From Eledone cirrhosa (taxonomy: Eukaryota): a DNA stretch of 64,000 bases. The notes under the pieces are model-generated. The model searched no databases. It saw only the letters and a program-made list of their open reading frames with translations, and was not told the DNA's origin. Numbering within the stretch: position 1 is the stretch's first letter; every line of letters starts with the position of its first letter. Positions 27,348-41,535 of the stretch are shown here, one piece after another. The translations under genes were made by a program, and so were the position numbers. The stretch spans positions 8,246,001 to 8,310,000 of the forward strand of contig OZ024743.1 of the NCBI GenBank assembly GCA_964016885.1. Direction: 5' to 3'.

Positions 27348-27625
27348 TTATATTCATTGTTCCTCCTGTTGTGTTGTATGCCTACGCCATTTTTTATTCA
27401 GTCTGTCTATATATTTATTTATTTATTTGCTTGTTTGTTTATCTTATTTTTTTTTTTGTCTTCTTTGCGCATGCGTTTGCGTGTGTGTATAGTGTTATGT
27501 GTGATGTGTGACTAGTGTGTATAGTGTTGTGTCTGCTGGGTGACTAGTGTGTGTTTATGCGCTTGTTGTTATTGTGCTTGTGTATGTATTTATTTACCTT
27601 ATTTTATATAATTTTATTTACTTAT

Positions 27626-28993
27626 TTATACTTCTCTTAGGTCAGTGTTGTTTGTTTGGGTGTTGTTGTTGTTCCACTCATTCTTTCTGTTTAGCTTTGG
27701 TCTTCTAATTTCTATTTCATTGGCCTCTCTGATTTGCCTATCTGCTGGGTCATTCCTATGTTTAGATATTATTCTAATTTCTATGTTGTCTATGTTACCG
27801 TCATGTTGTTGTCTAGCATGTTCGTATAGTACTGACCCGTTTTTTCGTCCTTTTAGTTCCCCCCAGTGTTGGTCTATCCTTTCACCTATGCTACGAGCTG
27901 TCTCACCTATGTATGTTGTTGTCATGTTTCTGCAAGTACCCTCTGTACATCTTATGCTATAGACTACGTTTCTAGTTTTACAGTTTATCCAGGGGTTCAC
28001 CTTACATATGATACACTTCCTATTGGTACAGTGGGTTTTCTTAAAAGGGTAGGTTTTGCTGATCAGGGATTTTATGGTGGTTCCTGGCTTTTCTACCACC
28101 TTTATTTTTAAGTGGGTCTTTCTCAGGGCCTTTCTACACTGGTTAGCTAATTTCCCTCCAGGGGTGGCGTCCACAAACATGACACTCTGATATCTCTGGT
28201 TGTCGTACCATGATGTGGCCTTCCCTATCTTATGTCTAGCCCTATCTAAGCTATTCCATGATTTGCTCCTGTATAGTGGGCAGATTCCTTTCATGTCCAG
28301 TTCTATGAGGGTCTTATACTTTTCCATGGCTCCTTCGTATACTCTGACTCTGTCTCTTTGGTTGTAGCCAGAGAACTGCATGCGGTTGATGAAGTGTTAG
28401 ATGTGTCCTTCCATTTCTGTTGGGTCGCACATGCTGGACACATTCTTCATCACTCGTACCAAATCTGCGATCAGAATATTAAACTTAGCACTACTGGACA
28501 TTGCTGAGTTTTTGAGTATCAGGTATTTGGAGGCCATGGGTTTAGCATAGTGTGACTGGAGAATTTGGGCTCTCTCGTCTATAGTGTTAATCCAGAGTTC
28601 TGTGTCTAATACAGGTAGTCTATTGTTAGGGTGTTTGGAAGGGAAGTCTATAGTTACAGTTATACTCTGGTGTATGGAATTAGCTATCTGCTGGATGCTT
28701 TCCATCGTGCTACGTTCTAAATCGAACTTGTTAGTGCTCTCTAGTGGGGGTGTTCTTATAACTATATTGATATCATCTACATAACGAGAGTACATGATGA
28801 GGTCTATGGAGCTTTCATTAAGGAGATCTTTAAGTCTCCTTTCCCACCATACCATGAAAAGGTTGGCAACATCACCAGCTGTGCTGACGCCGATGGCTGC
28901 TCCCTCATTTTGGGTGTAGATTTTCTCATTGAACTTAAATATGTGGCCCTTTAGGGTAGTTTTGATACTAGCCCCTATTGCATGTGCGACCAT
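27626..28993 (-). pseudogene. Penelope-like RT + GIY-YIG endonuclease, one in-frame TAA at 28397-28399
   Basis: YTQNEGAAIG, YSRYVDDI and LPVLDTEL (RT); Cys cluster; NVVYSIRC...YIGETARS...RIDQH...REANEI...PKLN (GIY-YIG). Both ORFs are in the same frame. Confidence 0.9.
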
Positions 28994-29513
28994 TTTTCTT
29001 ACCTGATCAGTGTTTTGGGGGGTCCGTATGGCTTTGGTACGAACATGCTAGACAACAACATGACGGTAACATAGACAACATAGAAATTAGAATAATATCT
29101 AAACATAGGAATGACCCAGCAGATAGGCAAATCAGAGGCCAATGAAATAGAAATTAGAAGACCAAAGCTAAACAGAAAGAATGAGTGGAATAACAACAAC
29201 ACCCAAACAAACAACACTGACCTAAGAGAAGTATAAATAAGTAAATAAAATAAAATAAAATAAGATAAATAAATACATACACAAGCACAATAACAAGCGC
29301 ATAAACACACACTAGTCACCCAGCAGACACAACACTATACACACTAGTCACACATCACACATAACACTATACACACACGCAAACGCATGCGCAAAGAAGA
29401 CAAAAAAAAAAAAATAAGATAAACAAACAAGCAAATAAATAAATAAATATATAGACAGACTGAATAAAAAATGGCGTAGGCATACAACACAACAGGAGGA
29501 ACAATGAATATAA

Positions 29514-29556
29514 CACCACTGACGATGTTGCAGATGTGCAACGAAAGATTTATGTA
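29514..29556 (+). ncRNA. Mirror copy of the PLE hammerhead in the inverted pseudo-LTR
   Basis: Same motif; CTGACGA at 29519-29525. Confidence 0.7.
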
Positions 29557-29769
29557 AATTATGTAAACTATATATATATATATGTGTTTGTGTCTATATT
29601 GTATCTGTATTATTTTTGACCGCCGGTCAGTCAATGGCAACATTGAGGACCGAGTAAGTTATATCGCAGATATAATAAAAGACAGCGAGAAGCGAAAACC
29701 AACCAAACAGTGAGTGTGTTCTGTTATTAATTCTGGCAATATTACGCAAATATGACCCTCCCCAAGTAT

Positions 29770-29819
<50 letters not shown>

Positions 29820-29835
29820 ATATATATATATAAAT

Positions 29836-29915
<80 letters not shown>

Positions 29916-30103
29916 TTTGTCCTATTTTACGGTTGTTTTCCTTCCTCTTCTTTCTCATTCTGTATTAGACTTTCATGACTGGTGGAACTTACAAGCAAGA
30001 GAAAGCAAGTGTTTGTACATTCCTTTAGTGAAGTTGTTGCTGTTGAAAGCAAAGTGGGTTTTAAATTATTTACGAAGGTAATCGTGGATGTACTTTCGCT
30101 CAA

Positions 30104-30178
<75 letters not shown>

Positions 30179-30227
30179 CATAGATATATATATACATTTA
30201 TACACACACGCACACACACATACACAC

Positions 30228-30274
<47 letters not shown>

Positions 30275-30531
30275 TACACATCAGTAAACGATAATTTAAA
30301 TGGAATTGAGCTACAAACGTTTTGTATAGAAGTCAAACTTAAGATCGACAGTCCCCGTCTCTTAAAATGATATGGAGACATTTATCAAAATATACGACTG
30401 TCATTTCAACACGAGCAACACCACTATTTCATCTGGTGTGTGTAAGTTGCTGACAAATTCCATATACACACAAACACACACACACACACATACACACACA
30501 TACACACACATATATATATATAGTGTATTAC

Positions 30532-30602
<71 letters not shown>

Positions 30603-30657
30603 ACACGCCGCAGTGTGGATAGTTGTGTGTGTGTGTGTATGTGTGTATGTGTGTGTC

Positions 30658-30748
<91 letters not shown>

Positions 30749-30749
30749 A

Positions 30750-31100
30750 AAAGGCAAACAGAAATAAGAAGGCAAACGACACAGTACAATGAAGAAATAT
30801 ATCATAAGTTTTACGCTTGATATAGTTGGAAATTAGTCTTAACATTTCGGACGGTAGTCCTTCATCAGGAAATAGAATGAGAAATAGAAAAATTGAGCAG
30901 ACGGGCAGGGCGGAAATGGAAAAAGAAAAATAACATGTCCATTCATGTTGCCATCGCTTGAAAAACTGTTTTGTGTAAGATATACTTTTTTGAAAAGGTA
31001 CTGATCGAGCGTGTCTATCTGAAAGGGAAAAATACCGTTTTGAATATAGAGCTTTACGTGTGCGCGTGCGTATAGGTGTGTTTGAGTGTGTGTGTATAGA
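30750..31100 (-). mobile_element. PLE pseudo-LTR remnant (same family as 54588-55190) with a degenerate hammerhead at 30837-30872
   Basis: Colinear similarity to 54590-54930. Minus strand reads CTGATGA-A-GGAC(TACC)GTCC-GAAA-TGTT. Confidence 0.72.
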
Positions 31101-31454
31101 GTTGTGAATATATATATATATATACCATGCATTAGCCCTTGAGAAATGTTAAATCACGGGTCAACGGTCACCTACCTCTCCCACGTTTCTTTACAACCAT
31201 TGGTATGCATCTATAAGTCACTACTTCAACCATTCTGATTCTGAAATCAAAGCCGTAAAACTTTCGAAGTGTTAATACATGTGTGTATTAACACTTGTAT
31301 TTAGGAGTGCTACTTTTCCAATCTAAGCATAATGTACTAATGGGGTAAACGGAAAGTCCTTAATAAAGATGATCGAACTGGGACATAGTCGTGTTCTCCT
31401 TATAGTAGCATATATATATATAATTTATATATGAGAGTGTGTGTGTGTCTATTT

Positions 31455-31455
31455 G

Positions 31456-31526
<71 letters not shown>

Positions 31527-31729
31527 GTGTGTGTGTGTGTGCGTGTATAAGTATATATATGTATATATATATATATATATATGCGTGTATATATATATAT
31601 ATATATAATATATATATATATATGTATATACATATGTATATATATATGTATATATAATGTATATATATATGTATATATACATATGTATATATATATATGT
31701 ATATATGTATGTATATATATATATGTATA

Positions 31730-31788
<59 letters not shown>

Positions 31789-31843
31789 ATGTATATATGT
31801 ATATATATATATATATGTGTGTGTGTATATATGTATATATATA

Positions 31844-31917
<74 letters not shown>

Positions 31918-31943
31918 CATGATTGTGTTTGTCTGTGTTTATT

Positions 31944-32005
<62 letters not shown>
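31455..32005. repeat. Large (TA)n/(TG)n compound microsatellite
   Basis: Directly visible. Similar blocks occur at 16520-16680, 17040-17178, 29777-29910, 43890-44175, 61330-61905 and 63380-63620. Confidence 0.97.
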
Positions 32006-32008
<3 letters not shown>

Positions 32009-32268
32009 AACATCTATGTTTACATGTTAGCATAAAGTTGCGTTGGTGTGGACATTGCGAATACCAAAGGAGATAAAGATGACAGAAAAGCAACGTCTTA
32101 CATTTTTATCTCTCTTCGTATACTCTTTATGTCGGCACCAGCACTCAGTTTAGATGTAAACATTTATACGTTGCCTTGTTCTATATCTTAACCAACTATA
32201 ATATCTAATATATATATATATGTGTGTGTGTGTATATACATGTATATATATATATATATACACACATA

Positions 32269-32435
<167 letters not shown>

Positions 32436-32532
32436 AGAAGCTTCTTCTATAAAATAAAAAAAATTTTACTCTGCCATGTATTGAGTACCTTACTTACTGT
32501 GGTTATCCCCGACTCAACCCGGGACCTACGTT

Positions 32533-32563
<31 letters not shown>

Positions 32564-32589
32564 ATATATGTATATATATATATATATAT

Positions 32590-32635
<46 letters not shown>

Positions 32636-35600
32636 GTGTGTGTGTGTGAGTTTGCGTGTGTGTATGTATCTATGCTTTTATATATATATATCAAATTTTA
32701 TATATATATACATATATATACATATATACATATATATGTGTGTATGTATATGTGTGTGTATGTGTGTATGTATGTATTGTATGTACGTACATATTTACTT
32801 ATCCAAATACGTTCATTATATGAACGTATACATATACACAAATGTCATCTAAGAATTCCTTATATATAATTAATGATTATAGTTGTTTTTTTCAATTCCT
32901 TGTAGATTGGAGCATTTATTAAAGCATGTTGTGAATGGTCACAACACTGGTGACGGGATATCAATTACTACCAATATTAGGCTTTCAGTTCAAACTATTT
33001 TTCTAGTTCTAGCTATACATATCAAAGAGTATATGCACTGTTCAACATTTTATAATTGTAAGATTTACTATTTTAGTACCGAATCTCAACATACAACAAT
33101 ATATGTTTAAATCGTCTTTACAAGGAAGGCAAAATTACAAAATATAAGTTTCATTGAGGTCATGACTTTTATAGAATATGATATTAGGCATAATATATTG
33201 TGGACATATTATGAGGTATTTTCTTCAATGTATCATAACAAATTACTGAAAATACTTCTCTCTTGAGGAATATAAAAACAATTATCAAAGTTCGCCTTGC
33301 TAATGAGCAAATATTTGCTAAACTTCACTGAGACTTTTTATTGTTTTACGTTTATATGTAGAGTTTCTATATATTTTTATTTAGTAAATATAATTAGAGC
33401 AATGCTTTCCTTTAGAAGATTTGATGCTGTAAAAATACTTGCTTGCTGAAAAATGTCTTTGAATTGAAGATGTTAGTCGCCATGATATCTCTATAGATTT
33501 AACCTCTATTTTGAATAGCAAGCTGCAAAAAGAAAGGAAAACACAAAATGGTTGGCAGTTGCCAAAACATTCTAAACAAGGCAAAATAAATATCATTTGG
33601 TGTTTGTGAATATTGAAAAGCTATGTTGTTAATTAACTACACGTCTCTGAGTAATTTTTAATTACTTTATCAGGTAAAATCTTTTTCCCACGCATTCTAG
33701 AATACAGTAGGTCTTGAAAAGAAATTTGTATTGAATACGAGTGTCACTTGTTATTTTACTTGGATAACATCTATCTCGTGTAACTTGCATTATTTACTCG
33801 AAATATTTCGTATATACCAATCATTGGTTATCTTTTGCGTGGCTTTTTAATATACCGTATCAACAAACTGATTTGTTACGTTGAGAACGGGGACGGGAAA
33901 CGGATACGACAATAATTTCCCCAATGGTAACAGCTGCAACATGGAAATAGCTTCAAATAAGAATAAAAACCATGAGTAACTAACTATACATAAACATGAA
34001 CCCTAAGATTTACGTAAGATATTGAGAGGGTAGAAATGCATAAGGAAAGTAAGTGAAACAGCTCTATGTATCATGCGTTTTGCGGACACATTTCTAGGAA
34101 TTATCGCCAAAAGTTAGAAGCTTAAGCCCTCTCCTAGAATATCACTATGTACAAATAAAATAAGTGCTTTTCTTTGAAACTTTATTTGTGATTTCTCATA
34201 TTTCTTCGCGATTTTCTCGGTAGTTATTTTGAGTTTGTAGATTGGGTTTCCTAATTACATTTTATTACGTTTCCATGTCACGTGGTGTTATATTCAGTGT
34301 GCCTGGCCATAGAATAACGCTTGTTGTTTCTATATATTCTTTTTATCTGACATCTGATGTGGTATTACAAAGGGTGTGGTGATTTGCATATTGGCATTAG
34401 TGGGAACAGTTTTAATGCATTCTCCGTATGTTGCTCTTGTGTGTTGAGGGTTTCTCTATGTTTATTTAAAAGTTCATCAAGACAATTTCCCATTTAGATC
34501 AAGTGTCTCCTAAATACACACTGGCATATAACGTAACTATGGAAACTGCTACGTTTTACTACCGGGATTCTTTTCCGGCGCCCTTAAAGAAAACTGTACT
34601 AACAGACTAAAGGTGTTTATTAGATTCTCAAAAACAACACTGACTTCAAAAACAAAAGCAATTCACTTGCATGCGAGCTACTAAATATATATTGTCGAAA
34701 TATGAATGATATTTTCTTTATTATAAAATATGAAGCGGATGCAAAGAGAAAATAAAAATACCAGGAAAAAATTTCAGAATTGTGATTTAACGTCCTATCA
34801 GCTTTTAAAACAATAGTTAATAAAAAAAATATCGGCTTCTTGAGATCAAATACAAGACGTTAGATATTCAGTAAAAGAAAGGTAGGATGTTTTTGGTGCT
34901 CAATCTTTACCTAATGAATTAAAATGTTTCACACTAGGCAGTGGATTCAAAAGGGAGTCTAATTCTCATTTTGTGACTGTAATTGTTTAACCTTAATAAT
35001 AAAGGCTTATGTTTCCATGTGTATTTCAAGGGTATTAGAGATTGTATGCGAGAATCGAAACCCGCATATTAGATTCGATAAACTGGAAGCTAACTGCTAG
35101 GGACAATAAGATTAGTCAGAACGTTAGTTAGACGCTTTGTGTCTGATACTAGATATTTCTTCAAATAAGATCTATGAGTTAAATAAAATATAAAATAATT
35201 TAATAAGTTACAAATAAGATATTATCAGTGTTTAAAAACCATAAGACATTTTCTAATCATCTACACCACTATTAAAATCTGAAGAAGGATCAACAAGATT
35301 TATCCTTTAAATCGGATGTGAAATACATCAACACTCGAGAGAATTATTGGAAAACATGTGACAAACAAGAGTCTTACACAATTTTTTTTAATCAATCTCT
35401 CACCAAAAAATGCCTCAAAACACATTATTATTGTTTTTCTAAAGCTTAATACGTGATAAAATTGACCAATATAATTGCTTGAAACGTGATATGTCTGCAC
35501 CTTATCACACTCCAGGGTTTGCCATTTACTAAACATACCCTTTCCAATGCTAGACTCATCAAACTTTGGCAATTATTCACTATTGCTGTATACTTGATGA

Positions 35601-35639
35601 TATCCGTTGGCCCTCCGTCGGTTTCGACAAAGTGTGTTC

Positions 35640-35892
35640 TAATTTTCGAACAACCGAACAGTCTGATCATGAAATTAACGAGCAAGTGGTTGAGCATTCT
35701 ACAAACACGTGTCTTCTTATCGTATTTCTCAGGAGATGCCTCCTTGAAGTACAAGCAATGCTTATTTTTGCCAGTTGAGTGGACTGGAGTAACGGAAAAT
35801 AAAGTGTCTTGCTCATGAACAAGACGCGATAATAGGAATCGAACTCCCAATCGTGAGCTGAACACTCTAGCCACTAATCCATACGTCTTCAC
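35640..35892 (-). mobile_element. tRNA-derived CORE-like SINE (family 2)
   Basis: TGGATTAGTGG...GAGTTCGATTCC head, then TGAGCAAGACACTTTATTT shared with 55918-56040. Confidence 0.7.
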
Positions 35893-35934
35893 AGAAACTT
35901 GATGATATAATGAGTAACATTAATAACACTGTTA

Positions 35935-36222
35935 TCCCGCCGAGGTTAACCTTGCCTTTCATCCTTACGGGGTCGATAAAATAAAGTACCAGTAATTACA
36001 CTGTTATCCTTTCTCTGATATCCCTCAAACAATAATTGTTTCTACTTTAGGCACAAGGCCAGCAAATACCCAGTGCATTACTCGTACTTTATTTTATCGA
36101 CCCCGTAAGGATGAAAGGCAAAGTCAACCTCGGCGGGATTTGAACTCAGATCGTAAAGGGACATAACTATGCTGGAAAGCATGGCGTCCGACCCTCTACC
36201 GATACTGCCAATCCACCGCCTC
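35935..36222. mobile_element. Two SINE family 1 copies in opposite orientation (35935-36000 +, partial; 36031-36222 -)
   Basis: Shared core TTTCATCCTTACGGGGTCGATAAAATAAAGTAC on opposite strands. Confidence 0.8.
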
Positions 36223-36487
36223 AAGCAATAATGGTTCTCAAACGATGTGTCACGCCACACTGATGTGATGCGATGATGTACACTATAGCGCCTCGAAAAT
36301 AATAGTTTTCTTTTTAAAATGGAAAATCTAAACTAAAATCCTAAATATAAAGTCTTTGTTGCGATACTTCATTTATTTAATAAAGAAGTTAGTATTTTGA
36401 ATTACTTACATTTATAAACTAAAACACATTTACACCTTTATTTAATACCTTCTTTTATTTTATGCACGAAGTGTGGCTTTATTATTA

Positions 36488-36597
36488 ATCCCGCCGAGGT
36501 TAACTTTGCCTTTCATCCTTGCGGGACCGATAAAATAAAGCACCAGTAATGCACTAGGGTAATTGCTGGCCTTGTGCCAAAAGTAAAAACAATTATT
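36488..36597 (+). mobile_element. 5'-truncated SINE family 1
   Basis: Core and tail match other copies. Confidence 0.8.
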
Positions 36598-37140
36598 TTC
36601 TTGTATTTTGCTCTTGGCGATGCTTGTAAAAGAAATGGATGAATCACTTCTCTACAAGAATGAGGCACTCTGTTGCTTGAGAAAATACACCAGGTTCATT
36701 GACAAATCAGTTGATTTATGGGCTCATCCTTACAAAAACACTGTCTAACGGTGACATTGAAACCTCATAACTTAAACGCTTGAACTTTATTGTTTTCATT
36801 CACAAACTCCGAACAACCGACTGACTTATTAAAATAATGTAGAAAATTAACTATAAAGTCGCCTATAACATATATAAAAAAAACATTGTTTAATTCAAAG
36901 AAAGATGTTTTTAGTTTTCTTTTAACTGCAATGTAAGGAAGCGTCAAATGTACCTAATTTTTGGTTACATTGGAGAAGATTTCTAATATATTATTAAATA
37001 GATATTAATTTTGAGAATAAAAACAACCGTTGTGGTGAGTGTTTTGAGGAAAATTAGATTGAATTTATAACAAACTTTGAAGTGGGTGGCCTAAAAAGAC
37101 TTAATATCTGGTAATTATTAAAGGAAGCAGAATTAATATC

Positions 37141-37326
37141 ATTGTTTCTACTTTTGGCACAAGGCCAGCAATTACTCAGTACATTACTGGTACTTTATTT
37201 TATCGACCCCGTAAGGATGAAAGGCAAAGTTGACCTCGGCGGGGTTTGAACTCAGAATGGAAAGGGCCGTAACTCTATGCGTCAAAGCATGGTGTCCGAC
37301 TCTCTACCGATACTGCCAATCCACCA
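37141..37326 (-). mobile_element. SINE family 1
   Basis: Full head, core and tail on the minus strand. Confidence 0.85.
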
Positions 37327-38302
37327 AGCAGTATTAATATCATACCGTATAAAAAGGTGTCTAGCATTAGAGTTACTATGAGAATAGTTAAGTTGTTAAT
37401 TAATCCCACATTTCAATCAGTTTAACGTGTATAAAGGCACTCGAGTGTAAGCCTGTATCCCTCAATGAATATAAAATTCTAGTCCCTCACAGTCCAGTTA
37501 ATACAGAAGCAGTTTGCCACCCACTGTAATAGTAATTTAATCCTCGGATGCAATCTATTAAAAGGCAATAATAATTGTCTAACAATGGAGAGCTAAGGTA
37601 TTAGGGTTATTTCTAAAACAGGAATTTTCTTTTGTATGTGGAACTTGAATGAACCTCCATCGGTTTCGACGATGAGTGTCCCAGTCGTTCGATCGTAAAT
37701 TAACGTACAAGTGACTGAGTATTCCACAGACATTTGTACTCTTAATGCAATTCTCAGCGTAATACAGTGTCTGACAAATCTGGCATTTTGGATTACAGGT
37801 CAAGTCCATTCGACGGATTTCCACACAGTTTTTTTCAATTTCACTCGCAAGGCTTGGATCAATTTGGGTCTAAGATAAATTACACTTGTCTCTTATCTCA
37901 CGCAGTGAGGTCGAGTCTAGGACCTAATGATTACGAAGCAAACTTCTTAAACATTCGGCCATGCTACATTTACATGTTTGTATGTATGGTATGGTACCGT
38001 ACGGCATTTCTTGGGCATTTTAAGCTTCCCTCTCCAGGCCTGATTACAGCACATTTCTTCCCGTGAAAGATAGAAAGTGAGAGAGAGGAAATGAGAAAGA
38101 GATACTAACGACTCGGCCAATTCGACACCTTGTTTGTAAGTAGAGACGTTTAAACAGTTATATTTATTCCACAATCTGTCAAAACTTAATGTTTTTGTAA
38201 CATATTACTCTATTACTCTATTACATGTTCCAGCCGACAGGCTGAGGCCATGCTGGAGCATATAAACGGAAATTTTAATAATTTCCTCTCTCTCTTTCAT
38301 TT

Positions 38303-38770
38303 AATGTACTGGGTAATTGCTGGCCTTGTACCAAAAGTAGAAACAATTATTATTTTCATACTAAGGGCGGGGGATTGGTAGTATCGGTAGAAGGTTGGAC
38401 GCTATGCTTTGCAGCATAGAGTTACGTCCCTTTACAGTCTGTGTTCAAATCCCGCCGAGGTTCACTTTGCCTTTCATCCTTACGGGGTCGATAAAATAAA
38501 GTACCAGTAATGTACTGGAATAATTGCTGGCTTTGTGCCAAAAGTAGAAGCAATTATTATTTTCTTATTAAGAGCATCGGATTGGTAGTAACAGTAGAAC
38601 GTCGGACAATATGCTTTGTGACATATAGTTACGTCCCTTTACGTTCTGAGTTCAAATCCAGTCGAGGTTAGCTTTACCTGTCATCCTTATGGAGTTCATA
38701 AAATAAAGCACCAGACTTTCCTCTTCCCTTCAAATTACTGGCCTTGTGCCAAATGTAGAACAAGTATTAC
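38303..38770 (+). mobile_element. Tandem SINE family 1 copies (tail fragment plus two near-full copies)
   Basis: Tail at 38303-38352; copies at about 38365-38560 and 38575-38770. Confidence 0.82.
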
Positions 38771-39619
38771 TTCCTTAATATTTCATACACTTGTGATAGA
38801 GTTTGAAAGAGTTTGGCAATCAAATTGTTTGTTACCTATGAACATTTATGAGCAGTCAAAATAGTTGTATGAATTCTATATTTAATCATATGATCTGAAA
38901 ATATATACCCAAGAAACTCACAAGTAACAATAACTAAACTTTAACTTTAAAATTATTATTTGAAAAGAAAGACATTAAAAAAACATAATATATTTCCGAT
39001 GAAATCTATTAGCATGAAGTGCTTTCATCAAGGAACTAATAAAACTAGCATGAGTGAGATATAATTTGATGTCACACTACTGAATATATGGTGTGTACTT
39101 CTGAAGTGCTTACGAAGGAAAAGCACAGAGTGGTGCCAGTAGTTAGCTGGATCTTCGTGCTATCAAATTCACATAGTGTAAAATACGGGGAGCTACATTC
39201 AGTGTTAAAGTACTCAGGCTCTATTTACTTTTTAGTGACGCCAATAAAAAACAATGACCTTTATTGTATTGTTATAAAGCTGCACCATGCTGATTAAGTC
39301 CGGTTGTTTTAGTGCAGCCATTACAGGCGATAGTAAGTGTCGACATTAGAATGATATCGAAAATAAGTCAAAGGTTTAATTAGTTCCTTTCAATAAAAAT
39401 GTCTCTAGCCACTGTAATAAGTAATTTAATAGGAAGCATGAAATTTAATTATTATTATTATTATTATTATCATCATTATATACATATATATTATATATGT
39501 ATATATTATATATATTATACATTATATATATAATATATATAACATATATATATAATATATATATAATATATATGTATATATATATATATAATATATATAT
39601 ATATAATATATATAATATA

Positions 39620-39807
39620 TAATTGTTTCTACTTTTGGCACAAGGCCAGCAATTACCCAGTACATTACTGGTACTTTATTTTATCGACCCCGTAAGGATG
39701 AAAGTCAAAGTTAACCTCGGTGGGATTTGAACTCAGAATGGCAAGAGCCGTAACTCTATACGTCAAAGCATGGCATCCGACCCTCTACCGATACTGCCAA
39801 TCCACCG
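39620..39807 (-). mobile_element. SINE family 1 within an AT-rich microsatellite
   Basis: Matches 37141-37326. Confidence 0.85.
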
Positions 39808-39878
39808 AATATATAATATATAATATATAATATATATATATGTATAATATATATAATATATAATATATATAATATATA

Positions 39879-39965
<87 letters not shown>

Positions 39966-40046
39966 ATTCATTTTAATGTCAATCCATGCTATAGTGGCAA
40001 TTTACAAAATATATTTATTGTTCTATTTTCATATAATTTCTTACTG

Positions 40047-40105
<59 letters not shown>

Positions 40106-40411
40106 TATAGAGAAAAATACTGCAGGTCGCACATGGTAACATGTAATAAAATAAGTCCCTCATCAGTGATTTGCCGAAGATCATAGATATTTCATTGCAT
40201 TAAAAATCATATATCTCACTTCGGTGCAATAATAACCAAAATAAGTTATTAGGACAATTAAAACGCGTAAAGCGAGTGAGACAGGAGAACAACAGAAAAT
40301 ATAGCATACCTTAGGGGAGAGACAAGCTTCAAAAATTATTCGTTTAGCATAAGCTAGGTGAATATATGAGAGCTGAGAGAATAGTACCAACATAAACGAA
40401 AGCTATATATG

Positions 40412-40443
<32 letters not shown>

Positions 40444-40446
40444 TAA

Positions 40447-40685
40447 CTGATATTAGCTGGACATACTCACCGACATCCAGAGTTGACATTGCACTCAGTG
40501 CTCCTTTGGGAGCCCCTACATGAACACACTAGAAGAGGAATACCAAGGTTAACGTATGTTGATGCCCTAAGGACAGACACTGGTCTATTGGAGACGCAGG
40601 ACATGGCAGCGATAATGAGGGACAGAGACCGGTGGAGAGAACTCGTCCATGGATCTCGGGAATTTTACCCGCCTTAGAATAGAAT
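40447..40685 (+). mobile_element. 3' end of an RTE-type LINE
   Basis: LAGHTHRH...LLWEP...RRGIPRLTYVDALRTDTG...[11 protein letters not shown] is a typical RTE C-terminus. Confidence 0.75.
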
Positions 40686-40705
40686 ATATATATATATATA
40701 TATAT

Positions 40706-40790
<85 letters not shown>

Positions 40791-41114
40791 ATACAATATA
40801 AATATAAATAAAAGGTGAATTAAAGTATGGTGTTAGATTTAAACACTATGAATATCACTGGACGACTCAAGAACTTGGAGAGATGAATTTTTTAAATGAT
40901 GGGATGGTGCCTGATGCTGTACAAGGTACTGTCACTGGAACGTTGCTAACTAAACAATAAGGTTTCAGTAGCATCAGATATACTACGTTAGAATATGTAA
41001 TTAAAAAATAAAAGAATTTCACAGTATTTGGATTCATTTTGACGCATGCATTTCACTCCCCAAACCCAACATATGTTGAGATTAAACATTAAAATCATAA
41101 ACGTGAACTTCAGC

Positions 41115-41165
<51 letters not shown>

Positions 41166-41167
<2 letters not shown>

Positions 41168-41361
41168 CGGAGGAAATGTGGTAAGGAACCAGGTGGACCA
41201 TAACGTACCAAAGTACTCAATACTTAGGGTAGTAGAGTGGGTAATAGGAAAATGTTTGACCCCGATGGCAGAGCTGAAGCCGTTTCGACGGCTATTTCTG
41301 GACTGAGTCTAGAAATAGCCGTCGAAGCGGCTTGAGCTCTGCCGTCGGGGTCAAACATTTT

Positions 41362-41366
<5 letters not shown>
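41166..41366 (-). mobile_element. Fold-back mini-element, family D (61-bp arms plus ~78-nt tail), carrying the 3' half of a hammerhead in each arm
   Basis: 41244-41304 is the reverse complement of 41306-41366. Same family as 47285-48283 and 60057-60250. Flanked by (TA)n. Confidence 0.85.
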
Positions 41367-41399
<33 letters not shown>

Positions 41400-41535
41400 G
41401 TATATGTTGGTTGTTTACCGACACCTCAGTATGCAGATTGGAGCACTCGACGAAGTATGCAGGTTGGTTTGTTTACTCCGGAGTAATGTAAAATAATTAA
41501 GTCAAATATGTAAAATTTGGCTTCGTTTATTATAA

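Larger units (their letters stand above)
27043..29776 (-). mobile_element. 5'-truncated Penelope-like element with an inverted pseudo-LTR
   Basis: RT plus GIY-YIG on the minus strand. 29038-29776 is the reverse complement of 27084-27826, and a tail 27043-27083 is present on one side only. Embedded in (TA)n. Confidence 0.93.

Noticed and set aside
28397-28399. In-frame stop in the PLE ORF as possible selenocysteine recoding
   Set aside because: The codon is TAA, not TGA; a simple nonsense mutation is more likely.
29615-29700. HDV-like ribozyme in the PLE pLTR (GGCAAC...GCGAA)
   Set aside because: Only two simple hairpins could be formed; no nested double pseudoknot.
32900-32953. Possible host exon after a pyrimidine-rich acceptor (IGAFIKACCEWSQHW*)
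   Set aside because: Short, no recognisable homology, no supporting upstream exons.
35279-35312. CTGAAGA-AGGAT...ATCCT hairpin
   Set aside because: No GAAA or stem III follows.
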